Made by a program: the position numbers and the translations under genes. The notes beneath the pieces were generated by a model that had not been told where the DNA came from, did no database searches, and saw only the letters and a list, made by a program, of their open reading frames with translations. DNA of 63,256 nucleotides, the filler included, from Octopus bimaculoides (Eukaryota): NCBI RefSeq assembly GCF_001194135.2. It is 6 parts of 6 records of this genome, joined end to end, with 100 filler letters (N's around TTAATTAATTAA, not from the genome) between each part and the next. Parts side by side here need not be neighbours in the genome. Positions count along the whole stretch, not along the records: positions 1 to 14,825 come from NC_068994.1; positions 14,926 to 26,996 come from NC_068991.1; 4 more parts are not named here. One strand, 5' to 3'. Positions 11,591 to 25,461 of the stretch are shown one piece after another (positions within the stretch are counted from its first letter, which is position 1; the number at the start of each line of letters is the position of its first letter).

Positions 11591-12498
11591 GAAGAAGAAG
11601 AAGAAGAAGAAGAAGGCAAAAGGGCGATGTTGAGTAACTGCTGGAGATAACAACGTTAAAGTGAAAGTAAGAAGAGGAGAAAAGAAAGAGGAAAAGGTAA
11701 GCAATAGGAAGACATAAATGATAGAGATTAATGGGTTTTCATTGGGAATGACTCAAGGTCAAAATAGGTTGGAATGAACACAAGTGACGATGACGAGAAC
11801 GAAAATAACAACAACAACAACAACGCCAGTAATGACGTCGAATCAGTGGCAACAACAGAATCAATAAGAGTAATGTAGATATCTGCAACAACAATAGGAA
11901 CAACCACAACATTGAAATCAATGGCGACGACAACGACTTCAACATCGACAACAGCAAGAATAACGACAACGAAAATGGCGGATAGAAAACGAAAGTTGGG
12001 GGTGAGGGTTATGTAGGATATGAGGGAAAGAGAGAGAGGGAGGGAGTCGTGGGAGAAGAAGGGAGAGTATGGAAGGAGAAGGAGAGAGTCAAGAGAGATG
12101 AAGAGCGAAGATATAAAGAGAAACAGGTAGGTAGTTTGGCTGGCAGAGTCGGTAGAGCGTCAGTGAAAATGACTTTGTGNNNNNNNNNNNNNNNNNNNNN
12201 NNNNNNNNNNNNNNNNNNNNNNNNNNNNNNNNNNNNNNNNNNNNNNNNNNNNNNNNNNNNNNNNNNNNNNNNNNNNNNNNNNNNNNNNNNNNNNNNNNNN
12301 NNNNNNNNNNNNNNNNNNNNNNNNNNNNNNNNNNNNNNNNNNNNNNNNNNNNNNNNNNNNNNNNNNNNNNNNNNNNNNNNNNNNNNNNNNNNNNNNNNNN
12401 NNNNNNNNNNNNNNNNNNNNNNNNNNNNNNNNNNNNNNNNNNNNNNNNNNNNNNNNNNNNNNNNNNNNNNNNNNNNNNNNNNNNNNNNNNNNNNNNNN

Positions 12499-12690
12499 GC
12501 GGTAATTTCCTCTGCCGCTACGTTCTGAGTTCAAATTCCGCCGAGGTCGACTTTGCCTTTCATCCTTTCGGGGGTCGATTAAATAAGTACCAGTTACGCA
12601 CTGGGGTCGATGTAATCGACTTAATCCCTTTGTCTGTCTTTGTTTGTCCCCTCTATGTTTAGCCCCCTGTGGGCAATAAAGAAATAGATA
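12499..12690 (+). mobile_element. Family B SINE (head lost in gap)
   Basis: GAGTTCAAATTCCGCCGAGGTCGACTTTGCCTTTCATCCTTTCGGGGGTCGAT. Confidence 0.85.
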
Positions 12691-14635
12691 AATATAATTC
12701 TCGTCCAATACCAAGCTTGGTTCTTCTCTGTCTGTTTGTCTGTCTCTCTGGAAGAAATGCACCACAGTAAGACATGAAGAGAGATGATTACCAGCAGGTA
12801 TAACCCTCAACCGAAAGTCTGTTTGCATTTCGTAATCTCACTAACACTGGTCGTAATTCAAAGAAAAGTACTGCACATACAATCGACTAAGAACCACATG
12901 AGACAGAGCTCCAGCTTGACCGCGCTTCAATAACAGAAACAAGTAAAAGAGAACGAGACAAAACAAAACAAAAAATAAGGAAAACCATGAAATTCGTGGA
13001 TGGCCGATCTATGTAGACGAAAGCGACAACTAGTCTGGTTTCTTAATATTATTTTAAGCCATCGCTATCTCTCTCGCTATCTTCATGCTTTTTACTAGAG
13101 ACATTTGTTTATTTACTTTCCATTCAGACAGACATCGCCTCTGAGAGAAGGAAGCGTTGTACACAGGACAAGTGAAATTGAAGTTGGCGGGTTCCTTGCC
13201 TGTTTTCTTGAACTTTAAAACAGGAAAGCGTATGTTTGCGTTTATGAATGTATGTATGTACGAATCTGTGTATATATGTACGTACGAATCTGTGTATATA
13301 TGTATGTATGTATGTATGTATATGTTTATATCTATGTGTATAAATATCTGTTTATATATATATATATATATATATATATGAATACGAACTTGTTACAGTT
13401 CAAATATACTTCAAGCATATTTAAACCCACATNNNNNNNNNNNNNNNNNNNNNNNNNNNNNNNNNNNNNNNNNNNNNNNNNNNNNNNNNNNNNNNNNNNN
13501 NNNNNNNNNNNNNNNNNNNNNNNNNNNNNNNNNNNNNNNNNNNNNNNNNNNNNNNNNNNNNNNNNNNNNNNNNNNNNNNNNNNNNNNNNNNNNNNNNNNN
13601 NNNNNNNNNNNNNNNNNNNNNNNNNNNNNNNNNNNNNNNNNNNNNNNNNNNNNNNNNNNNNNNNNNNNNNNNNNNNNNNNNNNNNNNNNNNNNNNNNNNN
13701 NNNNNNNNNNNNNNNNNNNNNNNNNNNNNNNNNNNNNNNNNNNNNNNNNNNNNNNNNNNNNNNNNNNNNNNNNNNNNNNNNNNNNNNNNNNNNNNNNNNN
13801 NNNNNNNNNNNNNNNNNNNNNNNNNNNNNNNNNNNNNNNNNNNNNNNNNNNNNNNNNNNNNNNNNNNNNNNNNNNNNNNNNNNNNNNNNNNNNNNNNNNN
13901 NNNNNNNNNNNNNNNNNNNNNNNNNNNNNNNNNNNNNNNNNNNNNNNNNNNNNNNNNNNNNNNNNNNNNNNNNNNNNNNNNNNNNNNNNNNNNNNNNNNN
14001 NNNNNNNNNNNNNNNNNNNNNNNNNNNNNNNNNNNNNNNNNNNNNNNNNNNNNNNNNNNNNNNNNNNNNNNNNNNNNNNNNNNNNNNNNNNNNNNNNNNN
14101 NNNNNNNNNNNNNNNNNNNNNNNNNNNNNNNNNNNNNNNNNNNNNNNNNNNNNNNNNNNNNNTTTGGTAGACGGAAACTAAAAGAAGCTCGGCGTACATA
14201 TATATATATATATATATAGTTTATACACAAGTGTGTGTTTAGGTTACATTCTAATTCCTAGTCAACTTGATCTTCATAATAAATTTGACTTTGCAAAGTA
14301 TACAGATTAATGGCATCAGTAAGTGCCCAGATGTGACTACGCTGAAAGGTTTTAGCTATACTAGTGTGCGTGCGTGTGTGTATGTGAATGTATGTGAATG
14401 TATGTGTGTGTGTGTATGTGTATGTGTGTGTGTATGTGTATGTGTGTGTGTGTGTGTGCGTCTAAGTAGAGACAGAGAGAATTTGTGACATCACAACATT
14501 TTTCAACGTCAATTAGGAGTCTTAGATTGAGTGGTACAATAACATATTTAGTGATCTGTCAACAGAGATCTCATGTCATACAGTATTGTGTTTATCAGAC
14601 ACAGAGAAAAATAGACGGCGAAAGCTTATACTAAC

Positions 14636-14700
<65 letters not shown>

Positions 14701-14825
14701 GTGTATGTATGTATGTATTCTATTATAACATTACTATATATAATATTTAGCATTTCGTTATGGGAACATATACAAACCAGCTCTGGTTGTCAAAAGCTGA
14801 TAGAGGACGAACACAGAGACACTGA

Positions 14826-14925
14826 NNNNNNNNNNNNNNNNNNNNNNNNNNNNNNNNNNNNNNNNNNNNTTAATTAATTAANNNNNNNNNNNNNNNNNNN
14901 NNNNNNNNNNNNNNNNNNNNNNNNN
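14826..14925. other. Artificial 100-bp scaffold join (44 N + TTAATTAATTAA + 44 N)
   Basis: Spacer at 14870-14881; the same construct recurs four more times. Confidence 0.95.
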
Positions 14926-15417
14926 TATATATATATATATATATATAATATATATATATATATATAAATCCAAACATACATAAATATATATATATATTCA
15001 TACATATGTTTTCAATTATACATATATATATATATGTATAATCACACATACGTAAATATATATATGATTGTGTCGATCGGTGATAGTTTGAGCTATGCGT
15101 CGTTTCATTGTTTAGCGAGTATTAAATCACCTTGTTTATTTGATTTTTGTTTATTATATTCTGACTAATGAAAAGGTGTTGTAGGTGTGTGTATGTGTAT
15201 GCGTGTGTGTGTGTTCCTTATTAGCTAAATATCGGGGACAGCTTGTGTATGTATATATATATATATGTTTGTGTATATGTGCATGTGTTTATTTTTGCTT
15301 TCTGTGAATGAATGCGTATATGTGCGTTTCTGTGCCTGTATATGTTATCCCTGCGTATCTGTTATGTGTATCACTTCATTATGCATAGGAATTCATCATA
15401 CGGATTTGAGTATAGAG

Positions 15418-15515
<98 letters not shown>

Positions 15516-15560
15516 ATACTCACTCGTACAAACAAACACACACGCAGAAACACAAAAGCA

Positions 15561-15698
15561 CGTCTACCAAATCCACTCACAAGGCTTTGGTCGGCCCAAG
15601 GCTATAGTAGAAAACACTTGCCCAAGGTGCCACACAGTGGGACTGAACCCGGAACCATCTGGTTGGTAAGCAAGCTACTTCCCACACAGCCACTCCTA
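15561..15698 (-). mobile_element. Family A SINE 5' half
   Basis: Near-consensus reverse complement of 21901-22040. Confidence 0.9.
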
Positions 15699-16999
15699 CG
15701 CCTATATATACATATATANNNNNNNNNNNNNNNNNNNNNNNNNNNNNNNNNNNNNNNNNNNNNNNNNNNNNNNNNNNNNNNNNNNNNNNNNNNNNNNNNN
15801 NNNNNNNNNNNNNNNNNNNNNNNNNNNNNNNNNNNNNNNNNNNNNNNNNNNNNNNNNNNNNNNNNNNNNNNNNNNNNNNNNNNNNNNNNNNNNNNNNNNN
15901 NNNNNNNNNNNNNNNNNNNNNNNNNNNNNNNNNNNNNNNNNNNNNNNNNNNNNNNNNNNNNNNNNNNNNNNNNNNNNNNNNNNNNNNNNNNNNNNNNNNN
16001 NNNNNNNNNNNNNNNNNNNNNNNNNNNNNNNNNNNNNNNNNNNNNNNNNNNNNNNNNNNNNNNNNNNNNNNNNNNNNNNNNNNNNNNNNNNNNNNNNNNN
16101 NNNNNNNNNNNNNNNNNNNNNNNNNNNNNNNNNNNNNNNNNNNNNNNNNNNNNNNNNNNNNNNNNNNNNNNNNNNNNNNNNNNNNNNNNNNNNNNNNNNN
16201 NNNNNNNNNNNNNNNNNNNNNNNNNNNNNNNNNNNNNNNNNNNNNNNNNNNNNNNNNNNNNNNNNNNNNNNNNNNNNNNNNNNNNNNNNNNNNNNNNNNN
16301 NNNNNNNNNNNNNNNNNNNNNNNNNNNNNNNNNNNNNNNNNNNNNNNNNNNNNNNNNNNNNNNNNNNNNNNNNNNNNNNNNNNNNNNNNNNNNNNNNNNN
16401 NNNNNNNNNNNNNNNNNNNNNNNNNNNNNNNNNNNNNNNNNNNNNNNNNNNNNNNNNNNNNNNNNNNNNNNNNNNNNNNNNNNNNNNNNNNNNNNNNNNN
16501 NNNNNNNNNNNNNNNNNNNNNNNNNNNNNNNNNNNNNNNNNNNNNNNNNNNNNNNNNNNNNNNNNNNNNNNNNNNNNNNNNNNNNNNNNNNNNNNNNNNN
16601 NNNNNNNNNNNNNNNNNNNNNNNNNNNNNNNNNNNNNNNNNNNNNNNNNNNNNNNNNNNNNNNNNNNNNNTATATATATGCATATCTATATGAATATATA
16701 TATATATGCATATCTATATCAATATATATGTGTGTCTATGTATGTATTTATGTATGTATGTGTGTATGTATGTATGTGTGTTTGCATGTGCGTGAGAGTG
16801 TATCTCTTCCTCTGAATCTCTGTAAGTGGGTGTGTAAGTGGGAGATATTTCATCACTGACTTTGCTTCAGCTATTTTTTCGTCATCCATTGCACTTTCGG
16901 TAATTTACGTTTATATTCATACGTACCTTAAAATTCATATTCCAATACGTAAATACTCACTCACTTACACACACACACACACACACGCATATATAGTCG

Positions 17000-17061
<62 letters not shown>

Positions 17062-18549
17062 GAGGACCGTTGCATGATACTGACAACAGCAATATTATAC
17101 TCATTTTCTAGAATATTTATATACGAGTTGTCATCAAAACATTCCCCGACTTGTTACGTATAATAAAAAACAAATTATTTACCATATGTTTGCGCACTAC
17201 GGAACCAGTCAGGGAACAAAACACAGTTTGCTGGAGCCCAACGGTGGGTATCTAAATCTAAACNNNNNNNNNNNNNNNNNNNNNNNNNNNNNNNNNNNNN
17301 NNNNNNNNNNNNNNNNNNNNNNNNNNNNNNNNNNNNNNNNNNNNNNNNNNNNNNNNNNNNNNNNNNNNNNNNNNNNNNNNNNNNNNNNNNNNNNNNNNNN
17401 NNNNNNNNNNNNNNNNNNNNNNNNNNNNNNNNNNNNNNNNNNNNNNNNNNNNNNNNNNNNNNNNNNNNNNNNNNNNNNNNNNNNNNNNNNNNNNNNNNNN
17501 NNNNNNNNNNNNNNNNNNNNNNNNNNNNNNNNNNNNNNNNNNNNNNNNNNNNNNNNNNNNNNNNNNNNNNNNNNNNNNNNNNNNNNNNNNNNNNNNNNNN
17601 NNNNNNNNNNNNNNNNNNNNNNNNNNNNNNNNNNNNNNNNNNNNNNNNNNNNNNNNNNNNNNNNNNNNNNNNNNNNNNNNNNNNNNNNNNNNNNNNNNNN
17701 NNNNNNNNNNNNNNNNNNNNNNNNNNNNNNNNNNNNNNNNNNNNNNNNNNNNNNNNNNNNNNNNNNNNNNNNNNNNNNNNATATATATATATATATATAT
17801 ATATAAAACGAAGAAGTTCTTTCTTTGGGGCACAAAGGAGGTGCTATTACAAAGGTATGTATTAATTGCAGTGTCCGTGTCTCTGTGTGTGTCTAAGTAT
17901 GTGTGAGGACGTGCGTGCTTTTACAAATTCTAAAACGTTTAGAATTTTACCTTGTATCCCGATCTAACAAAGTTATTGACAATTACAGCTCTTTCGAGGC
18001 CGTACAGTTATTTCGGAGTATCTACAACAACATTATCATCCACTGACCCTTTTGTTAAGTATGATTTTAGAGAGATTAACTTGAGGTTTATGTGTTGGTG
18101 GTTTACTGAGTCACAGATTTTTAATATTAGAGTATGTATTATGTCAGTAGCAAAGAGAGTATGAGAATCCTAAATGTACCTACTCTAAACAGACTCAGTG
18201 TACACAATCTCACACAAATATATATATATGGAGATGCACTTGCATAGCAAGTGACCTGATCTGAGATCGTGTGCTGGAACGAAAACAATTGCAGCGTGGA
18301 AGGTGTTTATAAGCCATTTAAAACAACACATAAAATCCGTTAGATTCACTTCAACATTTAAATTTAATTTATCAAAATATTTTCGTCGCTTAGAGACTGC
18401 GACCTGTTCACTGACAAAATTCTGTGCTGCATCACATATATATATGTATGTATGTATATATGTGTACGCAAGCATGTATGTACCTATGTGTATATATCTC
18501 GATCGTTTAAGTATCATGTTATTACTACTATCATTATTATTGAGTGAGA

Positions 18550-18950
18550 GAGCAGCGCATGCCATCAAAGTGACACTGGAGTAAAATATGCAAAGCCAAA
18601 TACACCCATCATGACTAGCCGTCTCATAAGGGTACCCCAGGCACATTCATCACAACTATATATATATGCGTGACATTGTGATCTCATATCAAGAGAAACA
18701 GCACATTATCTTGCAGGTGGAGCCCAGTTAGAATTTTCTTCAGGTTGAGTAGCCCATCCTGATCAAAAGGTCCCTGAATAAGGCTTTGTTTAAGGATGTT
18801 GAACGAAACACCAATATTTCCAGAAGTGAATTATTTAAACTCCAAAGAATTCCTCTCAACACATAGCTATGATTCTCATGCACTATTTATGCTCGTGATC
18901 AGAGATGCACATATCGTCAGCCACTAAGGGACATGTCAAATTACCTGTAC
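18550..18950. repeat. Unclassified octopus interspersed repeat
   Basis: Recognised from memory as a common octopus repeat (AAAGTGACACTGG...GGTCCCTGAATAAGG...CAGCCACTAAGGGACATG). Only one copy in this window. Confidence 0.4.
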
Positions 18951-19019
18951 CTCTACAAACACCTGATCGTGCGCTAAAATTTGATGCAATTAGTTTTAGT
19001 GTTGTCAACAGTTGCAGCA

Positions 19020-19026
19020 GCGCTGA

Positions 19027-19104
<78 letters not shown>

Positions 19105-19440
19105 CAGCAGCAGCAGTAGCAGCAGTAGAAGTAATAGTGGTGGTAGTAGTAGCAGTAGTAGTAATGTTAATTGTAGCAACATCAGTAGTAGTAGTAGTAG
19201 TTGTAGTAGTAGTAGTAGTAGAGGAGGAGGAGGAGGAGGAGGTGGTGGTGATGGTAGTGGGAGGAAGTAGGAGGAGAAGAAGGAGGACGACGACGACGTT
19301 GAGGAAAACGAAAAGATGCAGCAGCATCATTGCATTTTATCATCACCATCATCATCACCAGCAGCAGCAGTAGCAGCAGTAGCAGCAGCAGCAACAACAA
19401 CAGCAGCAGCAGCAGCAGCAGCAGCAACAGCTGCAGTTAC
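19020..19440. repeat. Compound trinucleotide tract (GTA/GCA/GGA/CAG)
   Basis: Direct inspection; in-frame TAG codons interrupt the polyQ-like frame. Confidence 0.9.
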
Positions 19441-20358
19441 ATCACCACATCGCTAATAAACCACAATCGCATCTGAAACCAATAGCATAAGTCCATTAAG
19501 AAATGGAAAAAGAAAGTGCATACCCCTTATAATACTGTGCTATATAAATAAAAATAGGTGCCATTTTCATAATAGAACAATAGAATTTGGTATTTATAAG
19601 GCAGGTGACTCTTAAATTATTCCGTAAATATCTCTTAGACAGCGATCTTTTGCGCTTAGTTTGTTGTTAGTCTATAAACAATCAATTTCCAAAGATAACG
19701 GTCTTTCCTCTGTTGTCAAATTACAGATAGGTTTAGATAGATAGATAGATAGATAGATAGAAATTATGCCTCTGTGTGTGTACATATTTGTGTGCCCGCA
19801 CGAGCGTTTGTGTGAGTACGTTTGTATGTATATGTATTCATTTAATTGTATAAACTCTTGTGTGCGTGCATGTGTCTGTGAGAGTGTTTGCTGAAATATA
19901 TTCCCAAAGTATTGTAAATACAAAATTAATTAAGTACTAATGTTATAAAGTATTGTTTTACATTAAACAATTTATCTCACTTAGTTTCTCTAAAAGTAAA
20001 ACAAAATTGCTTCTATAACTGATATTACGTTGTGTATTATTCAATACTTCTGATCGTTTTTCACATTTTTGCCCTGTTGTCTCAAGGTAACGCATCACCT
20101 TTTGAATCTTGTCCGGTCAGTTAATCTTCGGAGAATTAAAGTTCTAAACATGGTTTTGCTAGGAAATATGACAAATATGTTGTTCATAGACCACTTTACT
20201 GAGGAGAGAGTTAAACAGATAGATAGATTTAGAGTGAGTGAGATAGAGAGGGGGTAGATCCAGAGATTAAAATGAAAATAGAGCAAGAAAGAACTATGTG
20301 ATGTGAAGAGGGTGTTTATTGTCTAATTTGTTGCCACTATCATTAGATTGTATTTTTG

Positions 20359-20404
<46 letters not shown>

Positions 20405-20929
20405 GTATGTATAAGGGATTCAAAATACTGTTTAATATTAAAAAAACTATTGTGTGGAGCATAAATGATTTTATCTTCTATAAAGGAGACTATTGATGTT
20501 CTAGTTGTTTAAGTTATATATCAGACGCAGGTATGTGTATCTGGCAATGAAATACGTGTTGCATCTCCGTGTTTCTATATTAGATCTCATTGTGGTGAAC
20601 AATATGAAAAACTACAACATCAGAAACAAAAACATGGGAAAACGAACTTTTTTTCGAACAACGAAAGAAACAAATAGAGAAACGGGACATAAAGAACAAT
20701 CCCTTCATCAGATGACCCCTGTTTTATCTACTCTGCGTTTCGAACGTTGGGACAAGACGTGACTTCGTTAAGACAGTCGTTCTCGCAAAGCAAATTAAAT
20801 AAAATTTGGGATTTAGTGGAGGGTTAAAGTGGTAACAAAAACAGGACAGTAGGAACAAAACATGGTAACAAAAACAGGACAGTAGGAACAAAACAGTAAA
20901 ACAAACAAACGATAAGGGCTTTTAAGCCA

Positions 20930-21150
20930 TAACAATGGCCCAGTGGTTAGGGCAGCGAGTCTCCGGCAGGGAGTGGTGGCGACCCCTGTTGTACTCTTTC
21001 GTCCCAACTTTCTCTCACTGTTTCTTGAGTACCGCTGTGATGGACTGGCGTCTCGTCCAGTTGGGGAGGGGGGAACACATACGCCATGGAAACTGAGAAA
21101 CCGGGCCCATGAGCCTAGCTAGGCTTTGAAAGGGCGCATAAATAAAAAAA
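20930..21150 (+). mobile_element. tRNA-derived SINE with V-domain-like core
   Basis: A-box TGGCCCAGTGG (20936); CTGTGATGGACTGGCGTCTCGTCCAG (21035-21060) resembles the V-SINE core; A-rich tail. Confidence 0.55.
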
Positions 21151-21900
21151 TAATATATATATATATTTATAGACAGATAGATATACAAATACATATATAA
21201 TAGGTATGTATATATAATATATATATATGCTAAATTTATTGTTTATACTATTTATGACATCATTATTATTAATAATATTGATACTTATATTCAAGGCGGT
21301 GAAATGTGAGAATAGTTTGAAAGCAGGGAAAATGCATAGCTACATTTTGCCCGCCTCTAAGTTCTGATTTTTCCGATTGGGTTCGAGGCTGTTAAAATAA
21401 GTATCATTTGAGAAGTGGAGCCCTTCTGTCACTTATATCCAATGATGTACAGATGTTTTACTATCATTTCATTTCTTATCCCTCGTTGTATTCATTTGAT
21501 AAAAACAATCAGGATAAACTTGAGACAGCTATCGTCTGCCATCATGAGACAACCATCATGTATGTATATACAAATGTGTGTGTGTGTGTGTGTCTTCGGG
21601 AAGCGGTGTTTGGTAAATACACGACGCAACAAGGTTTACCAAAACGTTGGTACACGACAACTTGATAATATTTTTTAGGTTAGATATAGATTCCCATATT
21701 TGAAACCGAAGAAAATATTCGATTGTATTTAACGAACCGAAGAAGGCTTATTTTACAGAGGAAAGCAAAAGAAAATCACTGTCAGAGATTGAAATGAAAA
21801 TCTGAATGAACATACATAAGCACCGAAATGAGTTTTACTCCGCTTTTATGGAGATTCTGCCATTACTTCTCCGTACTTTAGAGAAATAATAGACATTAGT

Positions 21901-22059
21901 AGGAGTGGCTGTGTGGTAAGTAGCTTGCTTACGAACCACATGGTTCCGGGTTCAGTCCCACTGCGTGGCACCTTGGGCAAGTGTCTTCCACTTTAGCTTC
22001 GTGCCGACCAAAGCCTTGTGAGTGGATTTGGTAGACGGAAACTGAAAGAAGCCCGTCGC

Positions 22060-22099
<40 letters not shown>

Positions 22100-22326
22100 C
22101 TGTTTGTGTATAGGTTTGTGTTTGTCCCCCCAACATCGCTTGACAACATATGCTGGTGTGTTTATGTCCCGTAACTTAGCGGTTCGGCAAAAGAGACCGA
22201 TAGAATAAGTACTAGGCTGATAAAGAATAAGTCCTGCGGTCGATTTGCTCGACTAAAGGCGGTGCTCCAGCATAACCGCAGTCAAATGACTGAAACAAGT
22301 AAAAGAGTAAAAGAGAGTAAAGAGTA
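21901..22326 (+). mobile_element. Full-length family A SINE (tRNA head, CORE-like domain, internal microsatellite, AAAGAGT tail)
   Basis: A-box GTGGCTGTGTGG, B-box GGTTCAGTCCC, and CACCTTGGGCAAGT resembling the MIR/CORE motif. Confidence 0.9.
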
Positions 22327-23129
22327 TTAACGATAGGCTCAAGCAATGTAGTCAATTCAGAAGCTTTAAATAAATATTTTTGGTTATATTTATTTATATT
22401 CACAGATATGATGAATGACAAAATCGAAGATGTTACAATTTGAACCTTGGACCCCGAATTTCTTTGAAAGCAAGCTAACGTAAATACCAATAACACTAGG
22501 AGTTATTAGGCAGCACTAACCACGAACGATTCAACCAATTTAACCTGCCTACAGTAGTTCAATAACAAAAACAGCCAAACACCGATAGGAACAGGGCAGA
22601 TATTGTACCAATACCACGAAAAAAGGTGGAGCTATCATAAATTATTCACCAATACCATTACTGTCATGTGTTTGATCTTCGCTACCTTGTCTGTGTGTCT
22701 GTTTTCTGTTCTTTACGAAGTCCATGAATAAACATGCCTCAGAATAAATCCTTCGCTTTACGTTTATCATATCACTTCGGTCTGCTTCACAACATTTGCA
22801 GTGTAAGTGTGTGTTCAACTGAGCCGACACACATACACGCACATATATAAACCACTAATAAATATGTATGGATATATGTGAGTGAATATGTGTGACTATA
22901 CATACACACGCTAGTACACAGCACAAAACAACACACACACGAAGAGACATATGTGTGTGCGTAAGTGTATATGTATATATATANNNNNNNNNNNNNNNNN
23001 NNNNNNNNNNNNNNNNNNNNNNNNNNNNNNNNNNNNNNNNNNNNNNNNNNNNNNNNNNNNNNNNNNNNNNNNNNNNNNNNNNNTATGTATCTATGTATAT
23101 ATGTATGTATATGGATATTATATATATAT

Positions 23130-23420
23130 TCTTTTATTCTTTTATTCTCTTACTTGTGACAGTCATTAGACTGCTGCCATGCTGGAGCATCTCCACTAGT
23201 CGCGCAAGTCGACCCCAGGACCTATTCTTTGTAAGCATAGTACTTATTCTATCGGTTTCTTTTGCCGAACCACTAAGTTACGAGGACGTAAACACACTAG
23301 CATCGGTTGTCAAGCGATGTTGGGGGACAAACACAGACACACAAACATATACACACACACAAACACACGCACACACACACACACGCACACACACATATAT
23401 ATATATATATAGAGAGAGAG

Positions 23421-23460
<40 letters not shown>

Positions 23461-23630
23461 CGATAGATATACGGCGGACTTCTTTCAGTTTCCGTCTACC
23501 AAATCCACTCAAATAGCATTGGTTGGCCCGAGGGTCTTGTCGAAGACACTTGCTCAATGTTCCAGGCAATAGGATTGAACCCCAGACCATGTGGTTGGTA
23601 AGCAGGCTACTTACTACGGAGGCCACTCCT
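23130..23630 (-). mobile_element. Full-length family A SINE
   Basis: Reverse complement matches 21901-22326 throughout. Confidence 0.9.
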
Positions 23631-24765
23631 CTCTCTCGGTCTCTCTCTCTCTTTCTCTCGCTCTCTCACTCTCTCTTTCTCTCTCTCTTCTTCAGTAGGT
23701 AACACTCTACTGTGTTTTCCTATATGTGCGCAGGTGGGTGTGTGTCGTTGTGCACGAGCTTTTGTCTATACATATTTACCTGCGTGTGAGGATATACAGT
23801 GCGTGTACATATATAAGCAGTCGCAGATACATGTGCAAATACATGCATCCATATATACATATAACACACACACACACACATACACATACACACACATACA
23901 CNNNNNNNNNNNNNNNNNNNNNNNNNNNNNNNNNNNNNNNNNNNNNNNNNNNNNNNNNNNNNNNNNNNNNNNNNNNNNNNNNNNNNNNNNNNNNNNNNNN
24001 NNNNNNNNNNNNNNNNNNNNNNNNNNNNNNNNNNNNNNNNNNNNNNNNNNNNNNNNNNNNNNNNNNNNNNNNNNNNNNNNNNNNNNNNNNNNNNNNNNNN
24101 NNNNNNNNNNNNNNNNNNNNNNNNNNNNNNNNNNNNNNNNNNNNNNNNNNNNNNNNNNNNNNNNNNNNNNNNNNNNNNNNNNNNNNNNNNNNNNNNNNNN
24201 NNNNNNNNNNNNNNNNNNNNNNNNNNNNNNNNNNNNNNNNNNNNNNNNNNNNNNNNNNNNNNNNNNNNNNNNNNNNNNNNNNNNNNNNNNNNNNNNNNNN
24301 NNNNNNNNNNNNNNNNNNNNNNNNNNNNNNNNNNNNNNNNNNNNNNNNNNNNNNNNNNNNNNNNNNNNNNNNNNNNNNNNNNNNNNNNNNNNNNNNNNNN
24401 NNNNNNNNNNNNNNNNNNNNNNNNNNNNNNNNNNNNNNNNNNNNNNNNNNNNNNNNNNNNNNNNNNNNNNNNNNNNNNNNNNNNNNNNNNNNNNNNNNNN
24501 NNNNNNNNNNNNNNNNNNNNNNNNNNNNNNNNNNNNNNNNNNNNNNNNNNNNNNNNNNNNNNNNNNNNNNNNNNNNNNNNNNNNNNNNNNNNNNNNNNNN
24601 NNNNNNNNNNNNNNNNNNNNNNNNNNNNNNNNNNNNNNNNNNNNNNNNNNNNNNNNNNNNNNNNNNNNNNNNNNNNNNNNNNNNNNNNNNNNNNNNNNNN
24701 NNNNNNNNNNNNNNNNNNNNNNNNNNNNNNNNNNNNNNNNNNNNNNNNNNNNNNNNNNNNNNNNG

Positions 24766-25085
24766 CACAATTCCTTCCAGGATCTTCCAGATGTATATTA
24801 CTGCATACCTCTGCCGCCTTCTCTCCAGGGAGTAGAGTCTTAGCTGTTTCAGCCTTTCCCAGTAGCTGAGCAGTTGCAAAGAGACAATCTTCTTTGTGAA
24901 TCTTCTCTGGATTGCTTCAAGGTCTGCTGTTAATTTCACACTGGTGGGTGACCACAGCTGTGAGCAGTAATCCAGGCGGCTGAGGACGAATGTCCTCCAG
25001 AGTATCATCATGGTTTCCTTATATCTGGTTCTGAATGTTCTCAGGATCCAGCCAGCCAGTCGCCTGCATTTTGTCGCCATCCTGG
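24766..25085 (-). mobile_element. CR1/L2-group LINE, RT C-terminal fragment
   Basis: Open peptide GWILRTFRTR...SRLDYCSQLWSP...LEAIQRRFTKKI...SYWERLKQLRLYSLERRRQRYAVIYIWKILEG. Confidence 0.9.
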
Positions 25086-25184
25086 TAATATATATATATG
25101 TGTGTGTGTGTGTGTTTGCGTGTGTGTATGTATGTGTGTGTGCGAGCATACACATCATGTGTTACATACCATGCTTTCTATACG

Positions 25185-25385
25185 TACTCCGAAATATTCA
25201 TATTATTGCAGTCATTAGACTGCAGCTATGCTGGAGAACCACCTTTTTTCCAAGAAATCGACCCTTGGACTTATTGCTTGTAAGCTTGGCGTTTATTATA
25301 TCGTCTTCTATGGTCAAACTGCTACATTATAGGAATGCAAACACACCAGGGTTGCTTGTCAAGCGATGGTGGTGGGAACAAACAT
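25185..25385 (-). mobile_element. Family A SINE 3' half
   Basis: GCAGTCATTAGACTGCAGCTATGCTGGAG...ATCGACCC. Confidence 0.75.
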
Positions 25386-25461
25386 TTATATATACATACA
25401 TATATATATATATGATTGANNNNNNNNNNTTGACCGTTGACTGGACACTATTCAATTTTTT

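Noticed and set aside
11780-11985. Asn/Asp-rich reading frames
   Set aside because: Degenerate (AAC)n/(GAC)n microsatellite with stops.
19340-19490. PolyH/polyQ tract resembling a transcription-factor exon
   Set aside because: In-frame TAG stops; part of a compound trinucleotide microsatellite.
20640-20760. Minus-strand CTGATGAAGGG and upstream GAAACG, a possible third hammerhead
   Set aside because: The two core halves cannot be joined by convincing helices (GTTT rather than GAAA follows the stem). Probably a decayed Penelope-like end.
21901-21975. tRNA-like A/B boxes here and in other SINE heads
   Set aside because: No acceptor stem or cloverleaf, and they continue into SINE bodies; not tRNA genes.
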